From positions 1-11,842 of the forward strand of contig JAYTHP010000153.1 of the NCBI GenBank assembly GCA_043732485.1: DNA of 11,842 nucleotides. The letters are read 5' to 3'. The notes under the pieces are model-generated. The model made no database searches and was not told the DNA's origin. It saw only the letters and a list, made by a program, of their open reading frames with translations. Position numbers and translations under genes: made by a program. This document shows, piece by piece, positions 6,945-11,842 of this stretch. This DNA comes from Oligoflexia bacterium (GTDB lineage Bacteria; Bdellovibrionota; UBA1018). Position 1 is the first letter of the stretch. Every line of letters starts with the position of its first letter.

Positions 6945-9900
6945 CTAACGGCTTTGCCACCAAGGTGCGCTTGCGCCTGCGGGATACTGCATCGGCTCAT
7001 GCGAGCGCAAGGTTTCAAGCGGGGCTGTCTTCCCGCGATTAAAGTTGAAGTCCTTTTGACAACGCGGATTGGGGCAAATCATATGATTGCAGGCTCCCCC
7101 TTCTTGGTGGGGAATTTTTTCAACCATCACGCCGCAGTGGGGGCAAGGTCGGTTGCGACCGTCAAGCGTGTGGTCGGGGATCTGATGCGTCTCGCCCACC
7201 GTCTCCTGACAAATCGGACACGTCGCACCTTGAGGCACGGTTTGCGCAAGGGTTGTAAGATAGTCCGTCAGTAGATGTGCGGCTTGCAGCGGCTGCTGCG
7301 TCTCACTCAAGTTGCGGTAAGTGTCACCGATGGAGCCAGGGAGCTGCGCCAGTTCTAGCGGAGCACGAGCGCCTTGTTTCAGGGCAAGGGCCTGGAACTG
7401 GGGGGAGAGGGTGGCTGCTGCAATCAAACAATGGCCATCTACGAGGTCCACCTGTTTGGGGCCATGCTGGAGTTGGCACTCCAGGCAGCCTTGGAAGCCA
7501 CAACAGCTGCAGTGAAAATACAACCGGGTCTGCGGCCCAAAGGATTGACCGCTCGGACAAGACTCGGTGGGACAGGGACGCCACTGCGGGTCTCTCAACT
7601 TTTGCTCATAGCGATAGGCCAGACGCGCAAGCTTGCTTAAGGTGGGGTCAAGGCCGAGCGATTGAAAGAGCGGTTCTAGCGTCGAGGGCCCACTGTGCAG
7701 GGGGGGTGGCAGGGTCGTCGCAGGCGTTAGTTCATAGAAAAGCCTGACGCCTAGCGGGTTGCGCGCTTGCGGATCCACAAAAGCGCTGATGCGCACCGGT
7801 TGCTTGCAATGTTGGCAGGTGGGATCCCGTGGTTTGTAGCCAAAGTCTTCCCTGAACAGACTGTCCAGTTGGTGGCGTTTACAGCTGGCACACAAGCGGT
7901 TCAGACAGTCGACTTGAGCCGCAGAACAGCTGATCTCCGCTTGCTCGCCGCAAAGTACGCAATCGCCAAAAATGGGTGCAAGCGCCACTTGCCCAAAGGC
8001 TGCGCCTTGGTGTGCTGCTTGTTGAATCAAAAAGCGGGTTTTGCGGCAGCGAAAGCTCGCTTGGTGGGCTGCCGGAGAATAGGCGCCGATTAATCCAAGC
8101 GGGTGCAGAGCTTTGACCCAAGGTAACTCGCGGGCAAACTGCCGGTTGAGGTCTTGGAGTAAGTGCCCAGAGGAAGGGGAAGAGGTCGCCTCCTTATGAC
8201 CTAAGTGTTGCTGCATCAGACCTTTAATCGCTCTGCTTAGCGTGTCCCGCTGGCGCAAGGAAAGGATGTGGGTCTTATCAGGAACAATCGTTTTTAAGCC
8301 AGCAAGCAGCAGCTTGGCTGGGCGTAAGGCCTGAGCAGAAGTAGAATCAGAAGAAGGTGGGATCGGGCTTTTGAGACTCGCAAGTGCCGCTTGAAAAAGC
8401 GCTTGCAGCCGCTCCCTGCCCTGCTCGCGCAAATGGGCTCCATTTTCAAGCAGTTGCGGCATTTTGCGAATCAAAAAGAAAACCAGACGCAACCGCGATT
8501 CTACCGCATCGAGCGTACGGGCTTCCCTGAGGCTTCTGGCAATCAGACTTGAGAAGACCTGCGATAGGCTGTGCGCGAATTCCGTTGCGCTATCCCCGTC
8601 ACTGAGGCTGCTGGGCTGAGCCCTGAGGAGCTGGAAGATGTCCCAGAGCGGTTCGATTTCGTAGGTGCAAAAAAGGGAGTGATGATTAAACTGGAAATGC
8701 TCCGAGTGCCGGAGTCTGCGCCCCAATTTTTGCCTCCCCTGAGGTGAGACGAAATAGCGCTGTAGCGCCTCAATCAGGCGATCGCGGCCTGGAGCCGCGT
8801 GGTCTGCTGTTGCTGCGACCGAGGAGAGGTAAAGCGCACGGTTGGAGTTGCTCAGCGGGCGTGCGGTCCATCGGGGCTGCGACTTGACGCGGTAAGCGCG
8901 GGTAAAGATCAGCTGCAGGAGATCAGTCTGACTGGTTTTCAAGGCAGGCCAGCTATACCAGGGGTTAAAGTCTTCGATATCGTGATCGATCAGCCAGACT
9001 AAGCCTTCGAGCGGGTCTTTGGTGGTGGCGAAGGGTGGCGGTGAGGCGTCGTCTAGATTTTCTCTCGCTTTTAAGGTGAGGAGTTTGAGTAGGTAGCCGT
9101 CATAAAGGATTTCAATCAACTTGCGGCGCTGCTCAAAGTTTGCAGTCGTGCGACTGAAGTAAGCGCGCGCAAGGTGCGCTAAAATCTCGCGGTTAACGGC
9201 CTCATGGTGCGGCGGCTCTTGTTCCAGTTGCTGGAGGGCGATAAAAAGCGGTGAGGGCTGCTGCGCCGAGCTTTTGCAGGGGGCTTCTCGCCCTGCGAGC
9301 TGGGCACCGTGGTCGAGGAGAAAACGCACAGAGGTGGGCTTGTGCGCACGAATGGCATGCAGCAGAGGGCTGGAGGTCTCTTCTTGGAAGTAAAAAGTGC
9401 GATTTTGGTAGCGCTGAGCCGACGTGGCGAAAGCGGGAGTGGGGGAAAAGTCCAACGGATAGTGATGGCGCTCGAGCACAACCAAAATATCAAGGCGTCC
9501 AAGCCTTGCAGGGGCAATTGCAAAAGCCGGACTATAAACCTTTTTCTCTTCCTCCGTAATCTCATGACTTGCATGCAGCTGGTCGACTAACGCTAAAAAG
9601 ACCTGGGGGTCGGGGTGGTGCGCCGCTGCCTGGATCAGTTGCTTGAGCGGTTTAATCTGAGAAAAGAGGGCCCCCCCAAGCAGGCTTTGCGTTTGGGGCT
9701 CGTGGGGGAAAGGGCAAAAGCGCCGCAAGCTATAAAAATAACCCTCCCAACGCGGTTGCTGCAAGAGCTCTTGCACCTCACTGAGGGGGACAAGCCGCAA
9801 AGCAATCTCAAGCCCTGCCAGCTGCAGGGGGCTTGGTTTTTCTGGGGCGTCGCCGTTGCTGTCGTCACGGCGGGTCATCGCTTCGGCTGGGTTTTCTTTT

Positions 9901-10121
9901 TGACTCAAGAGGTTGCTGCTACTCGATCCAGCATAGGTGAGACGGGACGGCGAGAGTAGCAAGAAAAGGGTGAGCCAGAAGAGGTTACGAACGCTCAAAG
10001 TGCCCTGAAAAAGTTTCCCAGCAAGCGCGGGGAGGTGAGTCAGTGTTTGCAATAAGGAAGGGGGTGTGGGCCGCCGGGTAGGGAGTAAGAATTTCATGTT
10101 TTTCTTTTCTTTTGCTTCCAT
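6945..10121 (-). CDS. Ankyrin-repeat + RING1-IBR-RING2 (RBR-type) E3 ubiquitin ligase-like protein, possibly exported (start uncertain: ATG 10121, ATG 10097 or TTG 9998)
   Basis: 1058-aa uninterrupted ORF. Ankyrin-like SPLLHAIRAHKPTSVRFLLDHGA (aa 251-273) with degenerate flanking repeats. RING1-like C721xxC724...C739xNxxC744xxC747...C769xxC772. IBR-like WRPC850PTESC855...C871SCC874GFQGC879LEC882QLQH886...C898. Rcat-like RPC993PHC996GVMVEK...GGAC1011NH1013MIC1016PNPRC1021. Confidence 0.85.
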   Translation of the reverse strand: MEAKEKKNMKFLLPTRRPTPPSLLQTLTHLPALAGKLFQGTLSVRNLFWLTLFLLLSPSRLTYAGSSSSNLLSQKENPAEAMTRRDDSNGDAPEKPSPLQLAGLEIALRLVPLSEVQELLQQPRWEGYFYSLRRFCPFPHEPQTQSLLGGALFSQIKPLKQLIQAAAHHPDPQVFLALVDQLHASHEITEEEKKVYSPAFAIAPARLGRLDILVVLERHHYPLDFSPTPAFATSAQRYQNRTFYFQEETSSPLLHAIRAHKPTSVRFLLDHGAQLAGREAPCKSSAQQPSPLFIALQQLEQEPPHHEAVNREILAHLARAYFSRTTANFEQRRKLIEILYDGYLLKLLTLKARENLDDASPPPFATTKDPLEGLVWLIDHDIEDFNPWYSWPALKTSQTDLLQLIFTRAYRVKSQPRWTARPLSNSNRALYLSSVAATADHAAPGRDRLIEALQRYFVSPQGRQKLGRRLRHSEHFQFNHHSLFCTYEIEPLWDIFQLLRAQPSSLSDGDSATEFAHSLSQVFSSLIARSLREARTLDAVESRLRLVFFLIRKMPQLLENGAHLREQGRERLQALFQAALASLKSPIPPSSDSTSAQALRPAKLLLAGLKTIVPDKTHILSLRQRDTLSRAIKGLMQQHLGHKEATSSPSSGHLLQDLNRQFARELPWVKALHPLGLIGAYSPAAHQASFRCRKTRFLIQQAAHQGAAFGQVALAPIFGDCVLCGEQAEISCSAAQVDCLNRLCASCKRHQLDSLFREDFGYKPRDPTCQHCKQPVRISAFVDPQARNPLGVRLFYELTPATTLPPPLHSGPSTLEPLFQSLGLDPTLSKLARLAYRYEQKLRDPQWRPCPTESCPSGQSFGPQTRLYFHCSCCGFQGCLECQLQHGPKQVDLVDGHCLIAAATLSPQFQALALKQGARAPLELAQLPGSIGDTYRNLSETQQPLQAAHLLTDYLTTLAQTVPQGATCPICQETVGETHQIPDHTLDGRNRPCPHCGVMVEKIPHQEGGACNHMICPNPRCQKDFNFNRGKTAPLETLRSHEPMQYPAGASAPWWQSR

Positions 10122-10416
10122 GACTCGTTGCCAGGGTCGTTACCTAAGTCATGGCCGTAAAAGATGGAGTGAACCCCTTTTTTTTGCAGGATCACGGGCG
10201 TTGCCTTTCAAGGCGCAAGCTTGCAGCTCATGTTTTTAGCTGCAAAGCGGGGAGTGAAGAGGCGACGGTAGCGGAGGGAAACTTGAGACCAGTCACCCTG
10301 CAGTAAACAAAAAAGTGGCACGAAGCGAGTAGCGAAAGGCTTGGCTCTCACTCCGGGAAAGAGTGTAAAAAAATAAGCCAAGCGTAATTCAGGTTGGTCT
10401 TGCAGCGTGAAGTTTA

Positions 10417-10445
10417 AAGGTAGGCTCTTTTGCCCGATTTGTCAA
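10417..10445 (-). promoter_or_regulatory. Sigma70-type promoter upstream of the RBR-like gene (TTGACA-N17-TACCTT)
   Basis: The minus strand reads TTGACA (10445-10440), AATCGGGCAAAAGAGCC (17 nt), TACCTT (10422-10417). The -35 is perfect, the spacing optimal, and the -10 keeps the T-A---T positions. An AT-rich stretch lies upstream. Confidence 0.7.
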
Positions 10446-10795
10446 GTGCAAGTGGGGTAATAGAAATAACAGTACACGCGCGAGCGCGGCGGGGCGTTGC
10501 AGTTATTTTGCGGGACGAAGGGACGACGGTGATGCGAGTCTGACTGAGAGAGGAGGGTTTGGGGAGTGGGTAGGTGGGTGAGGGTTGGGCTTTTGTTTGC
10601 TTTTCTTGGACTGGTTTTGGAGGCGGCGTTGTCTAAGCAATGAACAGATGGCTAAACGATCGACTTTTGCTGTAAGTTCTCGGCTGCTGCTTTGGCTGGA
10701 GTGGGGGGCATTTTTGCACAAAGCCGTGATGAAAGAGAGTACGCGCTTGTTTAAGCGGTGGCTTGGCGCGCCGCCCAGGCTGGCCCGTCTTTTTT

Positions 10796-11842
10796 TTAGT
10801 CGTGCTCCTGCTCTTTGAGTTCCGCAAGCAGTTTGCGGTAGCTTGCGTAACGCGGTAACGTGGTTTTTTGGCAGTTTCTGGCGCCGTCGTCATGCAAACA
10901 AGCGGAATCCGGACAGCGGTTTGCTGCTAGTTGCATTTCGGGGAAGCCTAGGGCCAGCTCCTGGGCTGAGATTTTTTTCAGGGTAAATTCGCGAATCCCG
11001 GGGGTGTCGATCGTAAAGCCGCCGTCTTTGTTGGGGGTGAGGCGGGAGCTGGTGGTGGTGTGCCGACCGAGACCTGAACGCTCGCTTACGGCGTCGATCC
11101 GCCCATAGTCGGCGTCTTGCATCAGACGTCGTAAAAGCGAGGTCTTTCCCACGCCCGATTGACCGCAGTAAAGCACCCGCTTCCCGGCAACCGCCTTTTG
11201 GAGTTGCGCCCAGTCCTCACCAGCAAGGGGGGGTGGGTCTTCTTGCTGAGGGGGTCTTGGATGGGTTTCCTGAGTGGGGCCTTGGCTTTTTTCTTGGTCT
11301 GATCCGGCAGCTTTTTCGTCTTTTTTGGTCTTTTTGCCGATCAGAAAGCAGGGATAGTTGAGGCTGCGGTAGAGGTGTAGATGGGATTTCATCTCGTGCA
11401 AAAGCGGGGATTCCGGCTCCCGTAACAGCGGGGGTTCCTTGCCAGGCAGGCAATGAGTCGCAGTAGGAGCAGCAGCAGACTCATTGAGGGGCACGGTGGC
11501 AGAAAAGACGGGGGCTGCGACGGCGGGAGGGGGTTCCAGCAGATCCCACTTCGTGAAACAGACTGCCGCGGGTAGTCGCTCAAGTTCGGCTGCGACTAAA
11601 AAACGATCGACCATCGACCGTGTAAAGGTCGGTCTTTGGGTGGAGGCCACCACCACCACCAGATCAAGGTTAGCGCCTAGCACGTGCACTCCCGCTTGCC
11701 GGCCCGGCATGCTTCTTAAAAAGGAGTTTTTGCGAGGCTCCACCCCGTAAATCACCCCTTGTTGGGGGTTCAGGGGCTCGGCTGCCACCCGGTCACCCAC
11801 CACCACAGGCGAGCGCTCAAGATCGGCTTCGAGGGTGGGTTG
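10796..11842 (-). CDS. rsgA: Ribosome small subunit-dependent GTPase A (RsgA/YjeQ), 5'-truncated by the window edge
   Basis: Circularly permuted GTPase order: OB-fold end VVGDRV...PRKN.FLR, ANLD, DRFLVAAE, G4 TKWD, G1 GQSGVGKTS, GRHTTT, G3 DTPGIREF, C-terminal zinc finger C.....C.H......C. The frame stays open upstream of 11806 to the window end (QPTLEADLERSPVVVGDRV). Confidence 0.95.
   Translation of the reverse strand, partial: QPTLEADLERSPVVVGDRVAAEPLNPQQGVIYGVEPRKNSFLRSMPGRQAGVHVLGANLDLVVVVASTQRPTFTRSMVDRFLVAAELERLPAAVCFTKWDLLEPPPAVAAPVFSATVPLNESAAAPTATHCLPGKEPPLLREPESPLLHEMKSHLHLYRSLNYPCFLIGKKTKKDEKAAGSDQEKSQGPTQETHPRPPQQEDPPPLAGEDWAQLQKAVAGKRVLYCGQSGVGKTSLLRRLMQDADYGRIDAVSERSGLGRHTTTSSRLTPNKDGGFTIDTPGIREFTLKKISAQELALGFPEMQLAANRCPDSACLHDDGARNCQKTTLPRYASYRKLLAELKEQEHD

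Noticed and set aside
6945..6962. RBR protein as a CAAX-type substrate of the CPBP protease
   Set aside because: The C-terminus is ...PWWQSR, with no CAAX cysteine.
6945..10121. Eukaryotic contamination, or recent insertion by a mobile element
   Set aside because: There are no introns, the promoter and neighbours are bacterial, the style of homopolymer and Pro-rich sequence matches the flanking genes by eye, and no transposase, integrase or terminal repeats are visible. Read-level confirmation is still needed.
10122..10795. tRNA, 6S, SRP, tmRNA or CRISPR array in the long spacer
   Set aside because: No T-loop/cloverleaf, SRP loop motif or regularly spaced direct repeats were recognised.
10503..10893. 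Short minus-strand ORFs (72 aa and 86 aa) between rsgA and the RBR promoter
   Set aside because: Low-complexity Lys/Pro/Ser sequence with no recognisable family or RBS, and one overlaps the rsgA 3' end. A small protein cannot be fully excluded.
404..11750. Numerous 60-190 aa ORFs on the + strand and in alternative minus frames
   Set aside because: Nearly all overlap the five well-supported genes, show no recognisable motifs, and are expected as shadow ORFs at this GC content.

Overview
Bacterial (diderm) chromosomal segment with five co-oriented minus-strand genes. In transcription order: rsgA (ribosome small-subunit GTPase, 5' end outside the window); a ~1058-aa protein; a POT/PTR proton-coupled oligopeptide transporter; a small outer-membrane beta-barrel-like protein; and a 1176-aa internally duplicated CPBP/Abi intramembrane glutamic protease. 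The stand-out feature is the 1058-aa ORF (6945-10121). It combines a signal-peptide-like segment, degenerate ankyrin repeats and a C-terminal RING1-IBR-RING2(Rcat) module with a Parkin/Ariadne-type catalytic 'GGACNHMIC' motif. This makes it a candidate eukaryote-type RBR E3 ubiquitin ligase encoded by a bacterium. It has its own near-consensus sigma70 promoter and a long, hairpin-rich leader. Most proteins carry Pro-rich low-complexity insertions, and the spacers are long and rich in homopolymers and G-tracts, which may indicate a host-associated lineage (inference). No tRNA, rRNA, CRISPR array or mobile element was recognised. Residue numbers were counted by hand from the ORF track.
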